A stretch of DNA of 64,000 nucleotides from Chrysomallon squamiferum (GCA_012295275.1 CM022665.1:29698001-29762000); one strand, 5' to 3'; positions 15,661 to 29,018 are shown, counted from the stretch's first letter. The notes: a model not told the origin generated them from the letters alone. A program made the numbers and translations.

Positions 15661-16560
15661 CACACACACACACACACACACACATTTCTATATATATGGT
15701 AACTCAAGGTTAACGTAAAAGTGTCAAAATAGCACAGAGCTGACAGATCTACAGTTTGTGTAATGTGGCTTTATGAAGTGGTCCTGTAATAAACGGCCTC
15801 GCTTCAAGTTTTACTTGGGAAGTCTTAATGGATCACAAGAGTCAGGCGAAATTCTTTGAAGTCTTTTTGTCCTGACAGGCGAACGTGTTTCTTCCTTATT
15901 ACAGTTTCATCGCTAAGTAATTACCCAATGAAACTCCGGGCACCATTTTCTTGCAGACACGTACTTCACTGCTCTTAAATACGTAACATTAAACATTCAG
16001 TGTGTACTAGGATAAACTACGTCATGAACCAATTCTCTGGTGAGAGGTAATGCCCATGACAGACATTCTTTGTGTCTGATATAAGCCTGCTAAAAATTAC
16101 CCACACGCGCAGGGATATAAATATATAACTTAAATAAAAATTACACATATATTATAAGAAAGTAGAGCAAAAACCAAAAGAGGTTAAAACATCCCCAGAT
16201 CACAGATTCAGTTTGGAATATCGCGATAAAGAAAGGAACTTTTATCATTAACTTTGAAAACATGTTGTGCTGGCCACATATGTGTAAAATCATTTTAATT
16301 GAAGATGACTTCCGTGTTTTAATTAAGTTCACCCACCGGAAGACTTTCGATTTTATAAGCAAGTTTCTTAATTAATAAATTTTTATCAGATGTCTGAACA
16401 AAACAAATTTTATAAGCTCCTCAGAGATTCTTGTTTGTGTGATTCGGGGAGAGTATTAAGTTTAGAAAAAAAAAGAAAAAAAAAAAAAAAAAAAAACACA
16501 GTGAAAGAGAAAGAGATCATTATAATTTATTGTACTGTTAAGACTGATTATATCTGTAAA

Positions 16561-16950
16561 CTTTCTTCATTTTTTCATTATTAACACCTACATTTTATTG
16601 ATTCTTACTGTGTGGCGTTAAATTCAAATGATCTTTCAGCTGAAAAAGAAAAAAAAAGAAAGAAATTTAATATACGTGTTGTTCTTCTTTATATTTAAAT
16701 AACTTTATCAACAATAGACTTGATATTTTTTAGTAATTGTTTAATTTGTATTGAGAATGTTATTAATTTACACTGTTTCTTACAGAAGTGAGTAAAATTA
16801 ATAATTATTAAGAAGTATCAGCGGAGATAACACAAAAGGAACAACTACACGTGTATTAAATTTCGTAGTCTTCAGTTGAAAGATTGTTTGAATTTAACGT
16901 CACACAATAACAATCAATAAAATGTAGGTGTTAATAATAACTGAAGAAAG
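16561..16950. repeat. Long inverted repeat (fold-back / MITE-like)
   Basis: 16561-16644 closely matches the reverse complement of 16871-16950 (ctttcttca...ttattaacacctacattttattgatt...gttaaattcaaa..atctttca.ctgaa). Weaker pairing continues inward to ~16750/16790. Confidence 0.85.
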
Positions 16951-17725
16951 TACAAAGGTTACCCTAAAAATTAGATTTTGTATTAATATATAAAGCATAC
17001 TGTATTTATAATTACTCTTTTATTTTCAGTTTTAATTTTTATTATTATAACCAATTTGTTTGGGTTTTGGGGGGGGTTATAATCATTTTGTTCATTGCTA
17101 TTCATTCATATTTGAAAACAACAGCATATATACATATGTAAAGAAAGAAAAGCAAAAAAATAAAGAAAGAACGAAACGAATGAAGGAAATAAAGAATAAA
17201 AGAAAGAATGAATGAATTAAATAAAGACACGGAAAGTAAGAAAGAATGAAAACAAAGAGTTTACAAGAAGACATTTACGACTCACTTAATAAGTTTTCTT
17301 TGTTACGACTGTCGTAAGTTTAAAGATTACGACTTCTCGTACATATTACTTTCAGCCGATTACTTTCAGATATTTGCTCGGCAGGGTCAAGTTTGCGAAG
17401 TTCCACACACCAAGCATCTCTTAACATGGTGCCGCCATTAACCTGTGCAATTAAACAGTACAAAAGAAGGCTTTTTATTTTGTTCAGTTTCATATCTTGA
17501 ACATAAAACTCTGCAGGCGGTTCTAAATCATCTATAAAATTCACTCATAAATTGTAACAGCATATTTAGTCTCACTTTTGGTTCTATACAGCATTTAAGT
17601 AAATAGGCAATAAATTCGAAGATGCTCGATGGAAATCTGCACAGCAGTTCGATCGTTTTATAGCGCTGTTTGCGGGTTCGAGGATTTGAACAGAAATAGA
17701 AACAAATAACGTCAAGAAAGATTAT

Positions 17726-17764
<39 letters not shown>

Positions 17765-17986
17765 GAAAAAGAAAAAAGAAGGAAAAGATAAAAAAGAAAA
17801 AAGAAATAAAAGGAAACTGACAATATTACTTAGATAATTAAAAGGAAAAAATAAACGTCTAATATTATTTTTAAACGATTTGAAGTAATATTTTCAGAGA
17901 CAAATGCTTGCAGATATTTTAAAAAACAATACTTACAGTTTGTAATTACAGTTAAGTAAATTACATCTGAAGACATCATGTGTGCT

Positions 17987-18044
<58 letters not shown>

Positions 18045-19389
18045 AAAAATGCGCATTAGATTAAGCATACGTCAATTTTACTCGGTCTAATAGAATTTTT
18101 TTTATGGGACAGCTGATTCTAAAGATATGTAGGCCAGTTATACAAACTGGTGTTGGAAAAAAAAAAAAAATTATCAATTCCTTTTAGACTACTGTCGTAA
18201 CAAATACTTACACTGGTTTAGTCGCTAACGTTTTTATTTCCAAGTTCACAAATGGCTCGCTTTCTTGACAAAAACGACAACTTGCACTTTCGGAGGCAGA
18301 ACAATTTATGGCTTGGGTGACTTAAAAACGACCGAAATGTACTTAGTTCAATTTGTGTCATTATTCCCCTGGGTGCATTTCGACACCTTGGGCAATCCGA
18401 TCCTGTCAGAGTGTGATATTTTAATTTTCCTGAGATTCTCGTTCAAACTTCAAGAAACATCCATGTCGCGACATAGCTTAACCTTTAAGCATACCATAGA
18501 TTTCCACAGTCGGCTTTTTCATCTCTCCTGTAAGGAAAAAGTTTTACAGAAATGACCATTAATCTTGCAGGGGAAATAAGAGAGAGTTATCGGATCGTCT
18601 TGAAGTATATTTTATTGCAGCTTTTAAAATTTTGTTTCTCGCAAGAGGTGCTGTATCACCGAAGGTTGAGATGATAATTGTGATGATTGTGATGATAATA
18701 ATAAAAGAATACAATCATATATAATAAATGTTTTGCTGAGATTATATATATATATATGTATGTGTGTGCATATACATAAATAAGCACGGACAAAGATGTT
18801 TACACATATTTAAGAAAGAATTAATAAGATTATTTATAAGGCAAACAAGTGGGTGTTATATTATTACGATCAAAATTCAGAATTCGATTTAACTGACTGA
18901 TGTGGAACTTAATCCGTTTATCCAGTTTAAAAAATTAATACACTGATAACGTCGATATAAATCACGAATAATTTAATCACACAGCTGATAAAATATGATA
19001 TCTTCGATGGTATTAAGTGTTTTTCTAACAATAATAATATTACACTGTATAAACAGTTAGCTCATAAAGTTTTTTTTAATTATTATTTTAAGTAAAAGAA
19101 ACAAATGTTGAAGAACTTTAAATTTCTACAGTTAAGAATCAGTTTCAGCAACATTATTGCATTAACAAATGTAACTGAAATAAAAACACTGGCATTAGAA
19201 CATTAATTGTTTCAATCCTTTATCAGCTTTGCGAAAGTTCATGTTGTTATCTGCACTTTTCTGATTACTTGTACCTTATTTTTTACTGTAAAGTGTACCA
19301 TAACATTTCATAACATCCATACAGTGATGGATAGATCAGTTAGAAATATAGAGAGATGTGTAAGTAAATAATAGCTAAATTAGTTAGAT

Positions 19390-19454
19390 CATAGATAGAC
19401 AGATATATAGACATATAGAACCATAGACATACAGATAGATGGATAGACAACAGC

Positions 19455-19513
<59 letters not shown>

Positions 19514-19705
19514 TATACAGACAGACAGACAGACAGACAGATAGATAGATAGATAGATAGATAAACAGAGAGATATATAGATATATAGACAGAGAGATGG
19601 ACAGAGTGATAGATAGATAAACAGATGAATAAATGGATGGATAGAAAGATGAGAGAGATAGAGAGATAAAGACTGACTGACTGACTGATTGACTGATTGA
19701 TTGAT
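19390..19705. repeat. (GACA)n/(GATA)n/(GACT)n compound microsatellite
   Basis: Directly visible; a similar GATA tract lies at ~1315-1425. Confidence 0.9.
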
Positions 19706-20532
19706 ACAAACAATGACAATGACCTGAGGGAGTAAGATAGACAGAGTGAAAGAGGTTGAGAGAGAGAGAGAATAATAGAGAGAAAAAGGCGGAGTTTAAT
19801 CTGATTAGAATATTAGAATATATTACCAATAAATGTCACTATTAAATTAATTCAAACATAACATAGAATAATTAATTTAATAATTCATATAAGACCTATA
19901 TATATATATATATATATATAACATCATAAACATCAACAACATCAACAAAAACATCAACAACAGAGAAAGTACACAACCTAACTGAACTGACATAAAATAA
20001 AATAAATCTGACATAAAAATCAGTGTGTTAGTAAACCATTAGACATTATTTATCATCTGCTCTGTTCATCCTGCATAAAGAAATGCTCATGAAGGTTACC
20101 GTGACGCTGATAGGTATTAAAATGTCTTTATTTTATTGTTTTCTTAAAACATGACGTCAAAACATCTTTGATCTTGAAAACTACTTATTGTCTATTGAAT
20201 GGCGAGTACAAAGATATTGAACTGGTTTAATCTGCTTCCAGATAGCCAGATGGGTTTTTTAATGGATCGTTTGCGCAATAACAATGATTTGAAATATGCT
20301 GGCGTGACGCTGTAGGCATCTGTAATACCACAGCATTTACTCTTTGTTTCGACAGAAAAACTCGATTTGCCAAAGCTTAACAAACAACAGAATACACTAT
20401 TAACTGTTACATTAAAATGGTTTGTGGAAGTGATATTTCCTATCCTTTATTTTTGTTTGACAAACATTTCGAAGAAAGTATTCATAAAGATATCCACACA
20501 ATACATACATACATGCATTCATATACATACAT

Positions 20533-20563
<31 letters not shown>

Positions 20564-20862
20564 CATACATACATACATATATACATACATACATACATAT
20601 GTTCATACATGTTGTTAAAACGTAAATTATTCATGATATGTAACAGTTAATGCCTACCGCTAAGGGAATGTAGTAGTAAGACTTTCATTTCGAGTATCCG
20701 CGGCAAATCAATTTAAAGGAAAAACAAAAATTAAGAATTTCTGTGTTTTATGACTGTATGAGAGTTTATTCTCCGTTTATTAAAATTATATGAATTTTTA
20801 GACTCATTATATTACTTCATTTATAAATAACAGTTTGAAATATATTCATTTATATTTTGCAG

Positions 20863-21283
20863 GTACTATGCTATAGTTCATCCTTTATCGGCTATGAAAC
20901 TCAACAGCAAGAGTCGAACTCGGAAAATTATCGCTGTCACCTGGATTATTCCGATTATCTTGGCGTCGCCGTACACGTACTGTCGCAGCTATGCTTTCGA
21001 CATCAACAGCGACCTCGGCCAGATATCGAGACAGATATGTAACGACCGTTTTGACGAAATTGACGTCGCTATGTATGGAGAAGAAGCGTTCGGCTCAGGC
21101 CAGTTTCGCCGTGGATTCTTCATCTTTCTTTTCCTGGCTGTTTATGTCATACCAATGACGCTCATACTTGTCACGTGCATTAAAATTGCCGTCTGCCTGC
21201 TGCAACCAATCAGCTACAAGAAATCTCCATCTTTGGGCCGAAAAGATGCTTCCCGACGAAAACATGAGGAAAACAAACGAAAG
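20863..21283 (+). CDS. Class A (rhodopsin-like) GPCR, neuropeptide-receptor-like; internal exon encoding end of TM3 to ICL3
   Basis: Acceptor ttttgcAG at 20861-62, phase 2. Reads (R)YYAIVHPLSAMKLNSKSRTRKIIAVTWIIPIILASP...QICNDRF...FLFLAVYVIP...ENKRK, i.e. end of the (D/E)RY motif, TM4 Trp, ECL2 Cys and TM5 Pro. Donor GTGATG at 21284. No TM1-TM3 exon found upstream in the window. Confidence 0.93.
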
Positions 21284-21764
21284 GTGATGAACATTTATTA
21301 AGTCACAGACATATTGTTTTGTTAAATATGAAGAAATCAAAATAACTGAGTCCGAAAAATAATATTTTTTCCTTATTACACAACCTTGCAACTATCGTAA
21401 ATGATGTTTACATAGGAATAGGTAACTTAAATCTTTTTATGTTTTGGTCAGTAATGCTAAGTCTAATTAAAGTTTCTTACTCGTTGATAATGATGGTTAT
21501 ACGATAAAAAATTTAATATAAATAATTAGTTAAAAAACAACAACATAGTACCCTAAATATGTTTCGTGCTTTAATATTAAAGATTAAAAAAATAATAATA
21601 ATAAAAAAAAACCAGGTATTATTTGACTTGCTACTACCTATTAAAGAATGCAACGGTCTTGATCAGCTAAATGGTAAGTATGTCTGATTTCAATATTAAT
21701 ATTATTTTAATGCAAATACAGCATGCTTTATAACAAATAAATAACCTCGCACAATGTTACACAG

Positions 21765-22688
21765 GTTGCCAGGATGGTTATCGTTATTGCGGTGGCGTTC
21801 ATCGTGTCGTGGTCGCCGCAGTACCTCGTCAGCATCATCAGTCAGATCCAGTCCATCAGCGGCGACACCTTTCTCCGCGAGGGCAACTTCCTTTTCACCA
21901 TGTTGATGACGCATCTCTGCGGCTTCCTCAACAGCTGCATAAACCCTTTCGTCTACACAGTGATGAGCGAAAAGTTTCGCAGGAGCTTCAGACAGATTCT
22001 CGGCTCTGTCTTCTGCTGTTGTTGGACGCGTAACATTTTTCGTTACCGTGACAGTTTTAACCAAGACAGTCGAACGTGTCCTTACACGTCAACCATACGT
22101 CAGTCCTTAGAAGATTTAGGTGAAGGACTTGACGTCCCCATGAACGATGTGCCGTCTTCCGGTGGAAGCAGTAACGAAGGGTCCAATTCAAACCGGATTC
22201 ATCGTCCATCTTCTAAGAACAGTGGAGAGACGACACATATATTATCTAAACCAAAGCAAACACATACAAGTTATGGAAGAAGACACAATAAAGCTTCGCC
22301 GAAGTCTAATAAAAGTTATCAAATAATGCTTAAATGTATGAAAAAGAGAACCAGTAACATTATATCTGGGTCGAAGCTCACAGATAATATAAAAATGCAG
22401 GTCAAGTACACTTCACCGCCTGTTGCGAACGATATTGGCGTGTTGAACAATGGCGACGCGCTTCCGGGCAATTCTTTACCAGAAGTTTTAACATGCCAGG
22501 ATATCGTGAATGATGTCTGCTCAGAGAGTGACGGATCAGAAAGAGGTATCAGAATATCGTCTGACCAGATTGACGCAATCCGGAAAGAACACGAGTGTTC
22601 AGCAGGGGAACTTGTCATTGAAGACGACAAACGTTTCAGAATCGTTGCCAATGGACACACCACAAACGGAAATTGTGTTCAGCTCTAA
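21765..22688 (+). CDS. Class A GPCR, last coding exon: TM6, TM7, helix 8 and long C-tail
   Basis: Acceptor acacAG at 21763-64, phase 0. VARMVIVIAVAFIVSWSPQY (TM6 WxP), NSCINPFVY (NPxxY), helix 8 SEKFRRSFRQIL, CCC palmitoylation cluster, ~240-aa tail, stop TAA ending 22688. Ligand family cannot be assigned by eye. Confidence 0.93.
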   Translation, partial: VARMVIVIAVAFIVSWSPQYLVSIISQIQSISGDTFLREGNFLFTMLMTHLCGFLNSCINPFVYTVMSEKFRRSFRQILGSVFCCCWTRNIFRYRDSFNQDSRTCPYTSTIRQSLEDLGEGLDVPMNDVPSSGGSSNEGSNSNRIHRPSSKNSGETTHILSKPKQTHTSYGRRHNKASPKSNKSYQIMLKCMKKRTSNIISGSKLTDNIKMQVKYTSPPVANDIGVLNNGDALPGNSLPEVLTCQDIVNDVCSESDGSERGIRISSDQIDAIRKEHECSAGELVIEDDKRFRIVANGHTTNGNCVQL

Positions 22689-23268
22689 ACTAAGGAAGTT
22701 CGGTACACATTCCGTCCGCTGAAGGAAGCAGAACATTTTTTTTTCTTCTTCTTCTTCATGTATTTTTTTTCATTTAGATCTTGATTTCCATTAACTAAAT
22801 TGAAATCAGGATTTTTTTGTTTGTTTGTTTGTTGTTTTTCTCAGAAAGGTCTGAAATCATTGTGTGGATTTCTAAGAAGATATTCATTAAGATGAATGAA
22901 TAAAGTTAAACAGGTTTTGACTACGTAAAACATGACTTATGTAAAATAACGTGAGTTGAAACAAGGGTTTCCTTTTATTGTCATCACTTTATTAACGTAT
23001 GTATCAAATACAGCAGAATATCCGTTCATAGGAATTACCACGTTTTGCTTCGATATTCGAAGTTGATTTCATATATGAATATTGTCTTCAAGAAAGATGA
23101 GATGGAAGTAGAACTAATAATGCAATTTACTTAACACTGTGAAAACATAAAATCAATATTTCTTTATCAATAATAAATAAAATAAAAAAACATTTGTTGT
23201 TTAGGAAATTTCAAATAATAATAATATATTTAAAATAGTGATACTGAAAGATTTCAGTCTAGTTACCT

Positions 23269-23765
23269 ACATAATACATAATAACACTACTTCTTAGAGT
23301 ACAGCACTACTTCTTACAGTAGAACAAATACATTATAACACTACTTCTAAGAGTAGAACATAATACATTATATCACTACTTCTAACACTAGATATAATAC
23401 ATTATAACAATACTTCTAAGAGTAGAACAAATACATTATAACAATACTTCTAACAGTAGAACATAATACATTATAACAATACTTCTAACAGTAGAACATA
23501 ATACGCCATAAAACTTCTTTTTACAGTAGAACAAATACATTATAACACTACTTCTTGCAGTAGAACATAATACATTATAACAATACTTCTTTCAGTAGAA
23601 AATAATAAATTATGACACTACTTCTAACAGTAGAACATAATACATTATATCACTACTTCTAACAGTAGAATAATATACATTATAACACTACTTCATACAG
23701 TAGAACATAAAACATTATAACATTTCTTTTTACAGTAAAACATAAAGCAGTATAACCTACTTCTT
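23269..23765. repeat. 35-bp minisatellite, ~14 copies
   Basis: Unit acataatacattataacactacttctaacagtaga repeated head-to-tail, ~580 bp downstream of the GPCR stop. Confidence 0.92.
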
Positions 23766-24069
23766 GGTAATGTTGTCTTGTTCGTTTCTTGTTACTTCGT
23801 TATTTTCAGAAATACTCCGAAGAAAGAAAGGTGAAAGTCTTAGGCTGAACTCATAATTACTGAACCGAATAAATAATGCTATAAATAATAATTAAAATAA
23901 TTTGTGTTAAAAAGGAGCTTTGTCCCAAGAAATCAGAATAATCATAAATGTTAATGATAATTTCTGCACAAAATCAGAAAATTGTGTGTATAGATATAGC
24001 ATATATAATTTATTTTCTTTAGTAACATATTTGTAAATATATATATTACATCCTGTTTTATATGGTGGA

Positions 24070-24206
24070 CTTTATTTATTTATTTATTTATTTATTTATT
24101 ACTTTTATTTTTGTTATTATTGTTATTGTTATTGTAATTATTATCATCATCATCATCATTATTATTATTATTATCATCATTATTATTATCATTATTATCA
24201 TCATCA

Positions 24207-24256
<50 letters not shown>
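24070..24256. repeat. (ATT)n/(ATC)n microsatellite
   Basis: Directly visible; a second tract lies at 24467-24539. Confidence 0.9.
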
Positions 24257-24479
24257 TGTCATGTGAAATGTATATATATGAGTGTGAATATGATGTAGAG
24301 GAATAAAATATTTTGTGTCTGAAGGACTTTAGTTGTTTTGATATATAATGTTATATGCATGTTTGTATATGTATGTATGTTTGCATGTAAGTATGCATTA
24401 TGTAAATATGATGTTTGTGTGAAAATATATTCAACGACGTTTTATTTCAATCTTCGTCGTTATACCATTATCATCATCA

Positions 24480-24540
<61 letters not shown>

Positions 24541-24973
24541 TGATGAAAAACTGATGCATGACTGACTGTCTGTTTTACTTGTGATAAAATCTATATTGCA
24601 AAATATGATCGATTTTGATAAATTAATAAAGTTAGCTTGAAAAATAAAAGATTATGTAACCCGATAAAGAGAAATGGATTTGTGACTTAACTTCGTCAGC
24701 TTCTTAAACGCTAACTAATCAGTGATTCAGTGTCGATAACGAGGTTATTTTCAGAGATCGGCAACTTTAACAAAAATGGTTTTTCATGCATTTACTGTTG
24801 GTTGATATCCGTTATATAATATCCTGGTAATTAGAACTGCAAAGTTATTGCTGTTGTTGTTGTTGTGTTATTAGTAGATAATTTTGTCATAGCGCTGTCT
24901 CTGACGTTGGACTGTGCTGTTTGACATTTTGGCCAGTAATGGACAATAATCATATCATATAAATTTCGGGGGG

Positions 24974-25049
<76 letters not shown>

Positions 25050-26242
25050 TACACACATATTCAGACATACATGCACACACATTGTGAAAATACTTTTTTC
25101 GTGAGGCTTAAGTGTTTTAACAGTTAATTTGGTAATTTAAATGCTAATAAAAACACTTGATCCAAATCCTGTATTCGCAACGTGGAATTCTTGGAGTTTT
25201 CTAATGGCGGATTATGGTCTTTACATCATGCGCAAGCGCACTGAATTGGTGTCGTAAATGCCCACTTTGTAAATAACGACTACAGTAATTGGCTTATTCT
25301 TTCTTGAGGCCATCAGTAAGTAGTCATTTGACAAATACTTAGAGATGTTAGAGCCAAATGACAGTTTATATTTGACACCTGAAGCTAATGCTGTACGTTT
25401 TCACGTCAGTGAAAAGAATAGTTTGTTTTTCTTGTGCTTTAAAGTTACATTGATTTCCTTCTCTTTTTCAATTTTGAACCGGTTTGTCATTTCTTTGTCC
25501 TTTTTTATTATTTTTTTTTGTCTGATATAAATTACTGCTTAATAGACGTCCTTATATATAATAAGTTGTACCCAAATCTTCACAAATTTAACCTGTTTAT
25601 ACGTTTATTTCTTTTGACTATTTACATATGAAAATGACAGTACACAAAATTTAAAAAAAAGAAAGAAAAACAAGTTTGTAAAAATGGACTGTCATCAAGC
25701 TGGGAAGACTTATCAGACACCAAACAAATATTCAAATCATGGTGTATATTATTTCATGCTAAAAATCGTTACGGCGTGTCGTACAGTGAGAACACCCCTT
25801 TAATATCGATGGTCAGACAATAGCCAGTGATTGCGAATTATGTTTCTCCTATGTTCCTTGCCAGTCAAACTAACTATCATTTTGTAGTATACAAAACATA
25901 AAATAGCAAGCTTCGATAGTTAATTTTCTATTAGGTTTCAAAGAGTAGGCTCACTTTTTGTAATAGTAAATAGATTTTGCTACATCGCTTGAAGCAACTT
26001 GCACATTTGCTGGCGTCATTAATCTGCTTCTATATCTAGTCTTCATAAGGTAGAAAGCTCCGAAATGAAAAAGCAGCTTTAGGAATAACAAATAATTATC
26101 CCCCAAAAAAGAGTTCAAAGAAAAAGAATAACGAAATCGTAGAGTTTCATAAACATGTTTAACAAAAATATAATTATTTTAAATTCGGGATGAGTTACCT
26201 TCCTTTGACGTCTTGGTATTGTTCCTTTTCAAATGAGTGAAT

Positions 26243-26353
<111 letters not shown>

Positions 26354-29018
26354 TATGTGTTGCTGTTTTTAGAAAGTAATACATACTGTTACACTATCTT
26401 AGTCACAACACCAATCATCCGCGTGAAACAAACAAAAAACTGAAGAGTATAAGAAAAAAGAAAATCGCATTATTACTGTAACTATCTCTCTGACCCTTAA
26501 TGCAGGTCAATATTAGTTATCTACTTACTGAGAAAAATTGATCTTAAGAAGAAGAGTGGACCAACACTTCACATTATAGACTAGTCACTCTATTATTTTC
26601 ACATCTCAAATCAGTCGATGTTAGGTGCTAATTTGAAAATAGTATACCACAAATGCTTCTGAGGCAAGTAAGAAAAATTAGTTACTACAAACAGAGCATA
26701 TTTACAGAACAAGACCCAATATCACCTCTTGTTTGAACCCAGTAGCCATACTGTAATGAAACACACCAGTGTAAATACAAAACAGAGCAATCAATTACTT
26801 CACAGAAACCAGCATCAGAGACGCTGTCAGTAGCGGATCCAGTGTTGAGAGAGGTGATTTTTGAACAGAGCGAGATAAAAAGAAGAGAGCATTTCATAAA
26901 GAAGCTGTCATTCCATGTGATTGATCATTCGAATGTTGAATGCAGTAATATATCTCATCCTGATACAATTTCAAAGTCAGTATAGTTCGTTGCATTATAT
27001 TTTTCAGTGAAGTGTCATGTCTGTATCATCATTTCCAGTGTTGTACAATGCACTTCTTACAGCAGTAGACAATACAAACCTACTGAATGTTCCGCCGTGT
27101 ACATCATTCCACATTAGAAGGAAACAATAATTCATCTCACCTTAGACGGAAAAAACACAGTGCTGACGACAGCACATTATGCCATACAGTTCCATAACTT
27201 AAAATATCTCTTACAGTAAGCCACACTACATCATACTTAGCCTGAATTTTAGAGGCTTGGCACTAAGCTGTCGTAGAAAACACCAAATTACACAGTTCGA
27301 AAATATACACCACATAAAACCAGATTTTCAGACGTACTAAGAAAGGCAAATTTTTTTTTTTTTTTTTTTTTGGTGTTTTGGTTTTGCTCTAAGTTTGGAT
27401 CGTCAGTTTTTCAATAATAAAAAAATTACATGTAGTTACACGTAGTTACACAGTACGTGAGATTTTATAACAACAGTCTCTGCTCATTTTTGTGGTGAAA
27501 AAAAAACGAAACTGTTGGTTTTGTAGCTGATAACAGCGCTGGATCCACAGAAGAAAATGTTTGTCTGGTTGTTTTTTGTTTTTTTATCGACATGAAGGAT
27601 TTTGCAGGAGTGACGTAGTGTTGATGATAAATAGTTTTATTATTACCTGTCTTCTGTGAATATGCACGAATTTCTTCTCGGTATTTTCATGCATGTACCA
27701 AATAACATGTAGATTTTTAAGAATTTTCATTTTCGATCTGTTTTTTCGGGGAAAAAAAAAAAAAACCCACCAGAAAAACAACAACAAAAACAAACAAAAA
27801 AACAACAACAACAACAAACAAAAAAAAAAAAAAAACGCATATATTGCTGACAGCTTATTGTAACAGTAGATATTTTCCTGGATTGTTGTTGACAAACCTT
27901 CAAAAATATCTAAGTGGAGTACACCCACTTGATCTAAAATATTTCATTAGAAATTACAGTATGATTAGATAAAATAGGAATTGTGTTTTAGATGATGTGC
28001 TTATTGGGCAGGAAAACTTAAAACTAGTAGGGAAATTAGGAAATTGTAAAAAAACACACCAAAACCCAACAATTCTGTGTACCATTATTTGTGTGCATGT
28101 CTGTGTTTCTGTGTGTGAATATGTATTCACACACACACACACATAGATATACATACAAAGATAAATACACATATAATGCAAGTGGAGATGTATGTATGCA
28201 TATTTCTATGTACCTACGCATGTGTCCAAGTGTTTGTGTTTTTTTCTATATTATTATTGTCTCTGTGTGTGTATTATATATGTATTTATGTATTTAGTGT
28301 GTGTTGATATTTCTAATTGTATCTGTATTTTCGTTCGTAATAAAAATGGTTTTAACAATAAGAAGGATTTAGATTTCTGAATGCATGTTTATGTGTTCAT
28401 GTATATGTTTATATTTTTATTTGTGAATGTGTGTGTATGTATGTATGTATGCATGTATGTAAGCATGTATACACGCATGTATATATAATGTATCTATATA
28501 TTTTTCTCTCTGTCTATCTGTTATTTAAAATTCTTCAGCTGAGAAATGAGCATGTCTGTCCTCACTGAACTTTTTCATCCGTCTTCGATCGAATTTTTGA
28601 GAGTTAATGTTCCTTTACACACGTCATCGAATTTGTCTTCTTAGTAATCATTTTAAGTCTTTAGTACCATGGAGATATGATTCAGAATTTCAACTACAGC
28701 TGTTGGCGATAGACATGCGTATCTCGGCGTTTGAAACTCAAATGACAGTTGTTACCGTTGTCAATCTACTTGTTCCATAAACATGACGTCACACAGTAGA
28801 TTTGAATTGCTTCCGTTTCCTCTTTTTGTATTATATCAGCAACTCATATAAATGTTAAATGTATACTGCATATAATTTTGGGTTTGTAATTGTTTTAATT
28901 AGAGAAATATAATATAAAAATAACTTTAAAATCTACGTGTGATTTACGTTCACATTATATTACAATGAAGGGTTAAATTTTATTATTATTATTATTATTG
29001 TTATTGTTATTTTTGTTG

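Noticed and set aside
15957-16046. Candidate upstream GPCR exon ending ...GAGAG|GTAATG that would supply the ER of ERY
   Set aside because: The in-frame peptide (VCTRINYVMNQFSGER) is not a hydrophobic TM3 and has a nearby upstream stop; the true exon is probably outside the window.
20152-20159. Full CRE palindromes TGACGTCA (20152 and 28784)
   Set aside because: One or two occurrences in 64 kb are compatible with chance, and there is no promoter context.
21095-22722. Antisense and alternate-frame ORFs over the GPCR exons (similarly 48388-49156 and 56226-57005)
   Set aside because: Shadow ORFs of genuine coding exons.
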